64,000 nucleotides of DNA from a virus, in the IMG/VR virus record IMGVR_UViG_3300024346_008124, positions 15,098-79,097 of that record. The stretch is one strand, 5' to 3'. Of this stretch, positions 57,085-64,000 are shown piece by piece. The notes under the pieces are model-generated. The model was given only the letters and a program-made list of their open reading frames with translations, searched no databases and was not told the origin of the DNA. The first letter of the stretch is position 1; each line of letters starts with the position of its first letter. The position numbers and the translations under genes are program-made.

Positions 57085-57599
57085 TAAACAAGCCTATATG
57101 AAAGATGCCCACCCAAAACACCAGAAGAAGTACTAACCTGAAGAGACTCTCCAGCACTAGTAGCCATAACGCCCTCATTGCTACTTACGGAAGCGCCACC
57201 ATTAGCAGCAAAGTGTACCCCGCTTACGATAGGGGTGGAATTAGAAAGAAAATCTACAGTAGTTTGTTTTTCTGCTACTATAGTGTAGTCCACAACCTCG
57301 ATAGATCTTCCGGTAATAGCGCTAACCACAACCCCAGTTGCGTTTTCAGCACCTGTGGTGTTAAGCCCGATGGGGGCAAATCTAACTTCGTCAGAGTTAA
57401 ACCTATAGTTAAAAGTATCGTTTGTTACAGAGTTTGGAGAATCTATTTGCGTAGGTTGCAATGGAGGAAATGAATTTAGCGTATTGTTAGCACCTATTTT
57501 ATCAGATGCAGATAGCCCTCTCGCACCAGCGATACTAACGATCCCCTCTCCACCTTGGGGTTGATCATTGCCATCAATTATTTTTTTAGTAACCGACAT
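57084..57599 (-). CDS. putative virion accessory protein
   Basis: Beta-rich C-terminal domain (VVSAITGRSIEVVDY..., GESLQV..GGHLSY); AGGAG RBS. Confidence 0.55.
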   Translation of the reverse strand: MSVTKKIIDGNDQPQGGEGIVSIAGARGLSASDKIGANNTLNSFPPLQPTQIDSPNSVTNDTFNYRFNSDEVRFAPIGLNTTGAENATGVVVSAITGRSIEVVDYTIVAEKQTTVDFLSNSTPIVSGVHFAANGGASVSSNEGVMATSAGESLQVSTSSGVLGGHLSYRLV

Positions 57600-57608
57600 T
57601 TTTTTCTC

Positions 57609-58109
57609 CTAGTCAAATATGTTGCCACGATAATCAAACTCATTAGATCTTAAAATCATACTGCCGGGACTGTATGGACCCATGATAGCTTGACCAACAA
57701 GAGTGTTATTGTATTGATAAGTTTTTAGTAATTCGTCGTATTTTTTACATATATCTTGATATATGATGTTTAAATTTTGAGTAACGCCCCTAAGATCAAT
57801 AGCCGAAGGGCCATCTTTAATAGAGATAGCATTAGCGGATTCTGTCTTAACTTCGCTACCTATTAAAATACAGGCAGCCTTGTAAACGCTAAGAATAGAA
57901 AAGTCGGTGTCTTTTTGAGATATTGGATCAGGAGATATAGACAGAGAGGAAACACTTACGGAGTATTCATTCTGAAAATCTGCATCATTTATAACATTAT
58001 AAGCACCCACAACTATTACCTGCTTCAATCTTTCGTCTGTATACTTTGCATGGTCTAGGTCTCCAATAAGAGATCTAAGCATTACAACTAAATCTACTTT
58101 CCAAGACAT
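57609..58109 (-). CDS. putative head-tail adaptor
   Basis: LRSLIGD....YTDERL and ISIKDGPSAID motifs typical of connector/adaptor proteins. Confidence 0.6.
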   Translation of the reverse strand: MSWKVDLVVMLRSLIGDLDHAKYTDERLKQVIVVGAYNVINDADFQNEYSVSVSSLSISPDPISQKDTDFSILSVYKAACILIGSEVKTESANAISIKDGPSAIDLRGVTQNLNIIYQDICKKYDELLKTYQYNNTLVGQAIMGPYSPGSMILRSNEFDYRGNIFD

Positions 58110-58116
58110 AAATCAC

Positions 58117-58443
58117 CTATAAATTTTCGTTGACTTTAAAATAACCCACGCTAGTGTTCCAAGTTCCATCTGGAGTGGCAACGTAAGCTTGTAAATGCCA
58201 AGTTCCGGGACCACCAAGATCTCCGTTTACTGTAACATATTGTATTTGACCATCGGAACCATCACTAGTGAAAACTGCAACCCTTTCAAAAGTGCTTCCG
58301 TCTGGTTTTTTGAATATAAACTTTTTAGTTGATGCGCTACTGATATTTGCAACAGTAGTGCCTCCGGTAGAAGTTGTATCATATACCGTGACCCTAAATA
58401 CCGTACCTATATCATTAACGTGAGCTTCTTCTACAAATGCCAT
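58117..58443 (-). CDS. small Ig-like (BppU N-terminal-like) virion protein
   Basis: DIGTVFRVTV...FKKPDGS...DGQIQYVT..GDL..PGTW.LQAYV...F.V.ENL. Confidence 0.65.
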   Translation of the reverse strand: MAFVEEAHVNDIGTVFRVTVYDTTSTGGTTVANISSASTKKFIFKKPDGSTFERVAVFTSDGSDGQIQYVTVNGDLGGPGTWHLQAYVATPDGTWNTSVGYFKVNENL

Positions 58444-58453
58444 AATGTACCTC

Positions 58454-58486
58454 CATATATTTATACACAGTATTAACTAAATACAC
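58454..58486 (-). promoter_or_regulatory. tandem GTGTAT motifs (putative late promoter variants)
   Basis: Minus strand GTGTATTTAGTTAAT and GTGTATAAATATATG, then GGAGG RBS. Confidence 0.5.
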
Positions 58487-58537
58487 ATTAAAAATAATAT
58501 TTTAATCTACAAACATTAAAAAGGGGGTAAGAAACTC

Positions 58538-58867
58538 TCACTTACTAACTTGAACTGTTCCATCTTCGTTGTAAGTAATATCTCCAACGTGCGAAAGCCC
58601 TTGAGCTACAGATTCTGGATTAATACCAGCAAGAAAAGTGCCAAGCTGCGCATGAAGCTCAAAAACCTCTTTAGCGTCTACGCCAAGAATATCGGCAATT
58701 TCTTGTGGCGTAGCTCCTTGATGATTGTTCCAAAACTGCTGCGACCCTTGATTGAAGGCATTAGCCATCATCTCAAAAGTGCGTTTTGTAGTTATAAGTA
58801 ACTCGTTTGCAGTTCGCTGTGCTGCTGGCGGCATTACGTCCTGAAAATCTCTGTCTAGTACACTCAC
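58538..58867 (-). CDS. hypothetical protein
   Basis: AGGAG RBS, GTG start; ends ..TYNEDGTVQV. Confidence 0.6.
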   Translation of the reverse strand: MSVLDRDFQDVMPPAAQRTANELLITTKRTFEMMANAFNQGSQQFWNNHQGATPQEIADILGVDAKEVFELHAQLGTFLAGINPESVAQGLSHVGDITYNEDGTVQVSK

Positions 58868-58876
58868 TTTAATCTC

Positions 58877-59689
58877 CTAGTAATTAAAAGTTTCATAAAA
58901 CCATGAATAGTTCTGCTTAATCCAATTGGATGTATTTACACCAAGAATGTCTCTATAGTCTGGATTTTTTGATGTTACTTTGTTTTGTATCTTGTGATCT
59001 CCGAACACGCCGTAAACTTCATCATCTTCTTTTGTAGTTTGTCTCACGTTATCAAAATCATGTTCGCAATTATCAATCTCTAAATAATTATACACCTTTT
59101 GTATCTCTTTGGTAGGATTCTTTGTTAACTCTTCGTATTTAATAAATAAGATATGTTTGCTCTTCTTTTCTTTAATAACTTGGCTTAGTCTGTCAAAGGC
59201 AAGACCAACTGGTTGACTACTAACCCATGTGTCAATTCTTTGTTCTGTTGTAATATTTGTCATATCTACATCAGATGTCATATTGGCTTTATCTGGATTT
59301 TTTCTAAAGTTCTTTTCCATAGATGAAAATATTGACCTTGGATCTCTAATCATGCAAATAATTTTAGGATTTGGGTAAAAGAAATCTAAGAAATCTCTAT
59401 AGTATCCCCATCCCCTACTTTTGTCCATAACGTATGGTCTATCCGTTAAACTATTGTAAAATCCAAAAACCCCATCTTTACAAAAAGACTTAAATGCCAG
59501 TCTCATTTCCTCTGCGTCTTGAGCCTTGAACTCTGGCGAACCTGTGTAGTTTGCGCGCGCACCAAAAACCAACTCTAAAACGCCCGAAGTAGGAGTAACA
59601 TAAAACTTCTGATTCTGCGCAATAATGTTCTGCAATAGCGTACTGCCCGACCTAGGAAGAGAACTATTAAAAAATATCTTTTCTATCAT
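58877..59689 (-). CDS. PAPS-dependent sulfotransferase
   Basis: 5'-PSB loop SLPRSGSTLL, DKSRGW, 3'-PB motif MIRDPRSIFSS, KYEELTKNP..IQKVYNYL. Confidence 0.9.
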   Translation of the reverse strand: MIEKIFFNSSLPRSGSTLLQNIIAQNQKFYVTPTSGVLELVFGARANYTGSPEFKAQDAEEMRLAFKSFCKDGVFGFYNSLTDRPYVMDKSRGWGYYRDFLDFFYPNPKIICMIRDPRSIFSSMEKNFRKNPDKANMTSDVDMTNITTEQRIDTWVSSQPVGLAFDRLSQVIKEKKSKHILFIKYEELTKNPTKEIQKVYNYLEIDNCEHDFDNVRQTTKEDDEVYGVFGDHKIQNKVTSKNPDYRDILGVNTSNWIKQNYSWFYETFNY

Positions 59690-59692
59690 TGT

Positions 59693-60589
59693 TTAAATTC
59701 CTTGCTGTTTTATAGAACTAATAATAGTGTCTACATTAAAAATCTCTGACTCATCCTTATACGGACATTCATGTGTAATGCCATCAAAACTATACTCAAA
59801 CAAATAACTGTCTGGAAGTTTAAATCCTTCAATTTGATCTGCTACAATATTGTCATGAATATCATAGCCAAACACCTTTGGGTTTGTGCCAATCCAAGCA
59901 ACCGTTGAGGGTAGGTCTAGTGCGGCTGCCGCATGTTGCATCATAGAATCTATGAAAATACGCCTTTCACTACGAAGCAAAAGTGTCGCAAGCTCCATAA
60001 CACTATGAGGCGAGCTAACATCTACAACACCCTGTCCAACTGGAGCGCCCACTCTCGTTACTTGAAAAATATTGTAAGTCTTGTTAAACTCTTCAACAAT
60101 TGCGTTCATTGTTTGAATAGGCATGTCGCGAGTCCATTTATAGGCGTAAGCGCCACCTTGTTCATAAGGTCCGCCACTGGTTTGCATAACCATGATAGGT
60201 TTGTCGCTATTCCAAAGTTTGTTCGCTAGTTGCTTTTCGCGCAAATTAAATACAATTTCAGGCTTCTCCCCATTATACCCTAACCCATATAACTCACACC
60301 AATTTTCAATTAATGATTTATTACCATGAATATGGTCTGTTGTAAAGTATGGCTCATGTTTAAATAATAATGAATCCTTACCCGAAACATAATCTTGATA
60401 AAAATATGGAGTCATTCCTTCTTTGTAAACACGGTCTACAAAATCTAAATTAATAAATGGAGAGGGCCAAGCGCAAACTACAATCAGCTCTCTGTCTGGA
60501 TAGTTATTTTTAATACATTTTGCCACAGCGGTTGCCGCAATATGCTTTCCAATCCCACCCTGCACATTAAAAATCGCGTATTTCTTCAT
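59693..60589 (-). CDS. GT9-like (ADP-heptose:LPS heptosyltransferase fold) glycosyltransferase
   Basis: GGIGKHIAATAV N-terminal motif; IFIDSMMQHAAAALDLPSTVAWIGT..FGY..H.NI. Confidence 0.75.
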   Translation of the reverse strand: MKKYAIFNVQGGIGKHIAATAVAKCIKNNYPDRELIVVCAWPSPFINLDFVDRVYKEGMTPYFYQDYVSGKDSLLFKHEPYFTTDHIHGNKSLIENWCELYGLGYNGEKPEIVFNLREKQLANKLWNSDKPIMVMQTSGGPYEQGGAYAYKWTRDMPIQTMNAIVEEFNKTYNIFQVTRVGAPVGQGVVDVSSPHSVMELATLLLRSERRIFIDSMMQHAAAALDLPSTVAWIGTNPKVFGYDIHDNIVADQIEGFKLPDSYLFEYSFDGITHECPYKDESEIFNVDTIISSIKQQGI

Positions 60590-60606
60590 ATTTCTTCCTT
60601 TCCTAA

Positions 60607-60633
60607 AAAGTCTCTATACACTATATTATACCC
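60607..60633 (-). promoter_or_regulatory. GGGTAT/GTGTAT promoter-like motifs upstream of the GT9-like gene
   Basis: Minus strand GGGTATAATATAGTGTATAGAG (also contains TATAAT). Confidence 0.45.
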
Positions 60634-60659
60634 CTAAACCAAGTAAAATACAAGAATTA

Positions 60660-63296
60660 TTATGGAGTTCCCCAACTTACTTGTGAAATATCTACAACGG
60701 CAACCCAGCGAATGTTCTTGCCAGCAACGCCCGTGACTCTGATTTCAAGCGCTTCGTTGGTATCGTCCGCAACAACACTTGCCGATGCTGCTGACAGGCT
60801 AGTATCAGCATAAGAGTCATGTACTACACTACCAATTATGGAAGTGTTTCCTGCTCCGTCTCGGACTATACCTCCACGGAAATTCCACCAAGCACCCTCG
60901 CCGTCTGTATCATTGTGTGCTGCTAATTTAACTGTAAACATCCATGTAGTTTCTGCTGGGATGTCTAATCTTTGATTGGCATCTAATAACACTTCTTGGT
61001 TTGCTGTGGCGTCTGTTGTTGAACGTCTTGCTACTAATAGTGTGTGTTGGGCAGAACCTTTGACGGAGCTAAAACCACCAGCAGCGTGGGACACTTCTCC
61101 AACCCTTGAGGCTACTCCTAATGCCCCTCCAAGGACCGTTGACTTTTGACCACAAGCAATATTGCTAGCACCACCACTAACAGTAGAACAATAGGCACTC
61201 GCGACATTGTTATAACCACCACCAACGGTTGAGCTATAACTAGAAGCAGTATTGCTCTTACCGCCGCCAACAGTAGATAACTCACCGCTGGAAGTATTGC
61301 TATAACCACCGCTAACGGTAGATACAAAACCAGAAGCAGTATTATTATAACCACCACCAACAGTAGCAACCGAGTTGGATGCCGTGTTAAGCCAACCGCC
61401 AGCCACAGTAGAACACTGAGTGGACGCGCAATTATTCCTACCACCACCAACAGTAGAATAAGAGGCAGATGCGGTATTGGAGCAACCGCCACTAACGGTA
61501 GAAAAACTACCAGAAGAAGTGTTATTGTATCCACCATTTAAAGTAGAAACGAAACCAGAAGAGGTGTTTGCTTCACCGCCACCAACAGTAGAGTAAGTGT
61601 TAGAGGCAGTGTTGCCCACCATTCCACCACCGCCAGCAATAACAGTCGAAGAAGCTGAAGCGGTATTGGAGCAACCGCCAGAGACAACAGACGCCGTGCC
61701 AGAAGCGGTATTGTTTTTACCACCACCTATAACAGAATGGAGGCCATTAGCAACCTGTGTAGAAGCATTTCTTACTGTTTGCAAGTCAACCGAATTTTCA
61801 CCGCGAGCGTTTCCTGTCGTCGCGCCTTCGTTTGTGGGTTGAATATCGTAAGTTCCGTCTGTACCCTGAACCGTACCGCCACCAACCGCAGAACCATTGA
61901 ATTTGAGCGCGCCGCCATCGTTATAAAGAGTATTAGTAGTCGTTGCCGGAACATAGTCCGAAAGTATAACACCCTTTTGAAGCTGCCCAGAGGAAGAAAC
62001 ATCAAAGCCGTAAAGAGGAACACCAGTTCCAATCCCAACGTATCTTCCAAATTGACCTATTTTAACATCACCACTAGCGTCAGCAGATATTAAAGGAAGA
62101 CCAGTAATATCGTTTACAGTAAAAATATTACCACTAGAAAGATTATCTGTAATACCAAACAACTGACCTTGTGTGCCTTCAAAAGAAAGAGCAGTGCCAG
62201 AAGTATTAACAGATGCATGACTAGATAGAACTTTAAGAGTTACTGGAGTATCCTGAACCCCAGAACCAGTGAAGATCATTTTTGGAGTAAAAATATTATC
62301 AGAAGTAAGCTGTATTTCTTGAAGATTTCCAGTACCTCCATATATATTTATCTTGTCAGCACCATCTACTACGATACCACTAGCAGCCGTCAAACTAGAA
62401 CCTCCACCAGCAGCTTCCCAGTTAGGAACATTTCCATCCATAGTTAACACTGTATCATTACTGCCTTTTGCAAGCCTAATAAAGCTTGTGCCATTATGAT
62501 ACAGAATATCACCCTCCGCATTTGAGCCAAAGGCTATATTAGCCGTATTGCCAGAAGCGTATGTCGCAAGACCTTCGTTTTCAATCGCCTGACCACTAGC
62601 GTAGGCGGCAACACCAGAAGTGTAAACCGCGATTCCAGAAACGTAGCCAATATCGGTTTCGTTTTCAATCGCCTGACCGCTGGCGTATGTCGCGAGACCT
62701 TCGTTTTCGATAGCCTGACCGCTAGCATAGGTTGCTATGCCAGAACTAGCAACTAATGAAGTAGCTACACCAGAAGCCGTGTTCAATGCCGTGATATTAG
62801 ACTGATTAGATATGGCCTGACCAGAAGCATACTGAGACTCCGCACTAGCACCACCAACAGAAGAACCGTTGAATTTTAACGTTCCACCTTCATTATAAAG
62901 CGCGTTGGTAGTCGTGGCGGGAACATAATTTGAAAGTATTACACCTTTACGTAGTATTCCCGAAGAAAAGACATCAAGCCCATAGGCAGGAACGCCCATT
63001 CCTATTCCAACATACCTTCCGTATTCACCCAGCTTAACATCACCACTTGCATCTGCCTCAATAATTGGCAGGCCAGTAATATCTGCAACACTAAATATTG
63101 TGCCACTAGATAGATTGTCTGTAATTCCAAAGAGTTGTCCCTCTGTACCTTCAAACAAAAGGGCGGTTCCTGAGCCGGTCCCACTTTGATAGCTAGATAG
63201 AACGTTAAGCTCTACAGCAGTGTCTATTGCGCCGCTACCACGAAAAAGTATTTGTGGCTCGCCGCTTCCCGGTGTTATTAGAATGTCTTGTGCCAT
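60660..63296 (-). CDS. tail fibre/adhesin with internal duplication and YadA-like head repeats
   Basis: Duplicated ~135-aa block; YASGQAIENE repeats; 14-aa STVxGGxxNxAS array; NARGENSVDLQ motif; C-terminal beta domain ending IRWVAVV. Confidence 0.8.
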   Translation of the reverse strand: MAQDILITPGSGEPQILFRGSGAIDTAVELNVLSSYQSGTGSGTALLFEGTEGQLFGITDNLSSGTIFSVADITGLPIIEADASGDVKLGEYGRYVGIGMGVPAYGLDVFSSGILRKGVILSNYVPATTTNALYNEGGTLKFNGSSVGGASAESQYASGQAISNQSNITALNTASGVATSLVASSGIATYASGQAIENEGLATYASGQAIENETDIGYVSGIAVYTSGVAAYASGQAIENEGLATYASGNTANIAFGSNAEGDILYHNGTSFIRLAKGSNDTVLTMDGNVPNWEAAGGGSSLTAASGIVVDGADKINIYGGTGNLQEIQLTSDNIFTPKMIFTGSGVQDTPVTLKVLSSHASVNTSGTALSFEGTQGQLFGITDNLSSGNIFTVNDITGLPLISADASGDVKIGQFGRYVGIGTGVPLYGFDVSSSGQLQKGVILSDYVPATTTNTLYNDGGALKFNGSAVGGGTVQGTDGTYDIQPTNEGATTGNARGENSVDLQTVRNASTQVANGLHSVIGGGKNNTASGTASVVSGGCSNTASASSTVIAGGGGMVGNTASNTYSTVGGGEANTSSGFVSTLNGGYNNTSSGSFSTVSGGCSNTASASYSTVGGGRNNCASTQCSTVAGGWLNTASNSVATVGGGYNNTASGFVSTVSGGYSNTSSGELSTVGGGKSNTASSYSSTVGGGYNNVASAYCSTVSGGASNIACGQKSTVLGGALGVASRVGEVSHAAGGFSSVKGSAQHTLLVARRSTTDATANQEVLLDANQRLDIPAETTWMFTVKLAAHNDTDGEGAWWNFRGGIVRDGAGNTSIIGSVVHDSYADTSLSAASASVVADDTNEALEIRVTGVAGKNIRWVAVVDISQVSWGTP
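61100..61740 (-). repeat. 42-nt (14-aa) degenerate tandem coding repeats, YadA/Hep_Hag-like
   Basis: Recurrent STV(G/S)GG(Y/C)(N/S)NT(A/S)S units. Confidence 0.85.
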
Positions 63297-63298
63297 TT

Positions 63299-63979
63299 TT
63301 ATACTCCAAACCTATGCCGTGTGACGTTGTAATTTTGTAAAACTTCTGTGGCTGTTAGTGCGCGGTTGTAAATTCTAACATACCCAAGGGATATGTTTGC
63401 GTAATAACTCCCAGTTATGGCTCTTCCTATGTTAAGATTAGAACTACCAAATGAATATGTCGTTGACTTAGACGCGACCATAGAACTGTCTACGTAAATC
63501 TTGGTAGTAGATCCGTCGTGAGTAGCTACTAAAGAGTGCCATTCATTGGAAGTAACAGAAGAAGCGCTAACCCCAGTGTCGTTTGAGTGTTGAAGAGCGC
63601 CCAGTGTTCCGTTATAAATACCAAGCTGGTTTAATGAATTAGCACTAGCAGAACCGTATGAAACCCAGTTAGAATTATTATTGCTATATTTTTTAAAAAA
63701 AATGTCATAGGTATAAGAAGCGTTGCCAGTTAATATTTGCCAGTCAGTTGTCTGCATAAAATCGCTAGACCCATCAAACAAAAACTCACCACCTTTATTT
63801 TTGTAATGAGGTATAGTATTATAAATTCCTACATCTCTGTTAGAGCTACTTAAATCACGCCACGTAGTCCCCCCACTATAAGAAGCATCAACCGCCGCAT
63901 CCAAATTCAAAACCAGCCCGTTCTGAACAATCCCGCGCTTCGCTTGATGATATGTTGTTTCTCCTGATTTAATAGCCAT
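63299..63979 (-). CDS. LamG/concanavalin A-like lectin domain virion protein
   Basis: GLVLNLDA..SY..GTTWRDLS, FLFDGS.D, WHSLVATHDG...KIYVD, VRIYNRALTATEVLQNYN. Confidence 0.88.
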   Translation of the reverse strand: MAIKSGETTYHQAKRGIVQNGLVLNLDAAVDASYSGGTTWRDLSSSNRDVGIYNTIPHYKNKGGEFLFDGSSDFMQTTDWQILTGNASYTYDIFFKKYSNNNSNWVSYGSASANSLNQLGIYNGTLGALQHSNDTGVSASSVTSNEWHSLVATHDGSTTKIYVDSSMVASKSTTYSFGSSNLNIGRAITGSYYANISLGYVRIYNRALTATEVLQNYNVTRHRFGV

Positions 63980-64000
63980 TATGCAAACCTCTCCTTCGTC
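63979..64000 (-). CDS. 3' end of upstream gene (possibly another LamG protein)
   Basis: Minus-strand frame ...TKERFA-TAA overlapping the ATG (TAATG); resembles the 'TRHRFGV' end of the neighbouring LamG protein. Confidence 0.35.

Noticed and set aside
22179-62093. Numerous 60-125 aa ORFs antisense to or nested in the long minus-strand genes
   Set aside because: They fully overlap long genes with coherent motifs and have no RBS or domain signal; treated as shadow ORFs.
61100-62830. CRISPR array or DGR template/variable repeat
   Set aside because: Repeats are in-frame, degenerate at synonymous positions and lack unique spacers; differences are not adenine-specific and no reverse transcriptase is in the window.
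1-64000. tRNA, rRNA, integrase or IS elements; alternative genetic code
   Set aside because: Intergenic gaps are short (about 110 bp or less) with no cloverleaf seen; no transposase or integrase motifs; long ORFs are intact under code 11 and use TAA, TAG and TGA stops.

Overview
This AT-rich window looks like part of a large tailed-phage genome (probably uncultured, siphovirus-like, host unknown) and holds two convergent transcription units. The + strand (1-19867) is a tightly coupled operon of about 20 glycan-synthesis genes: three GT4s, GT2, GT10, GT11, GT25, two exostosin/GT47-like proteins, CgeB-like and other GT-like proteins, an NTP-transferase, an Fcl/ColC-type reductase, a ColD-type dehydratase, a StrG-like 2OG-Fe(II) oxygenase and a short DegT protein. 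It ends with a Vsr/DUF559-type homing endonuclease, a Rad52/Sak-like annealase and a Zn-ribbon protein. A bidirectional terminator (19922-19954) separates it from a 44-kb minus-strand virion module. That module encodes a LamG protein, a YadA-repeat fibre, a GT9-like protein and a sulfotransferase, head-tail joining genes, a tail tube, chaperones, a 2620-aa tape measure protein (TMP) and very large tail-tip/adhesin proteins (3293, 537, 1419 and 2140 aa). The main leads are: (i) a candidate virion glycosylation/sulfation system, with colitose/fucose synthesis and Ser-Gly-rich structural proteins as possible acceptors; (ii) a TMP with four copies of the DTVPAMLTPGEFV module, two of which flank a PD-(D/E)xK-like insert; (iii) lysine-less biotinyl/lipoyl-type domains in a tail protein; (iv) a recurring GTGTAT-N6-TAG putative late promoter. 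All annotations come from recognising motifs by eye; no database search was run.
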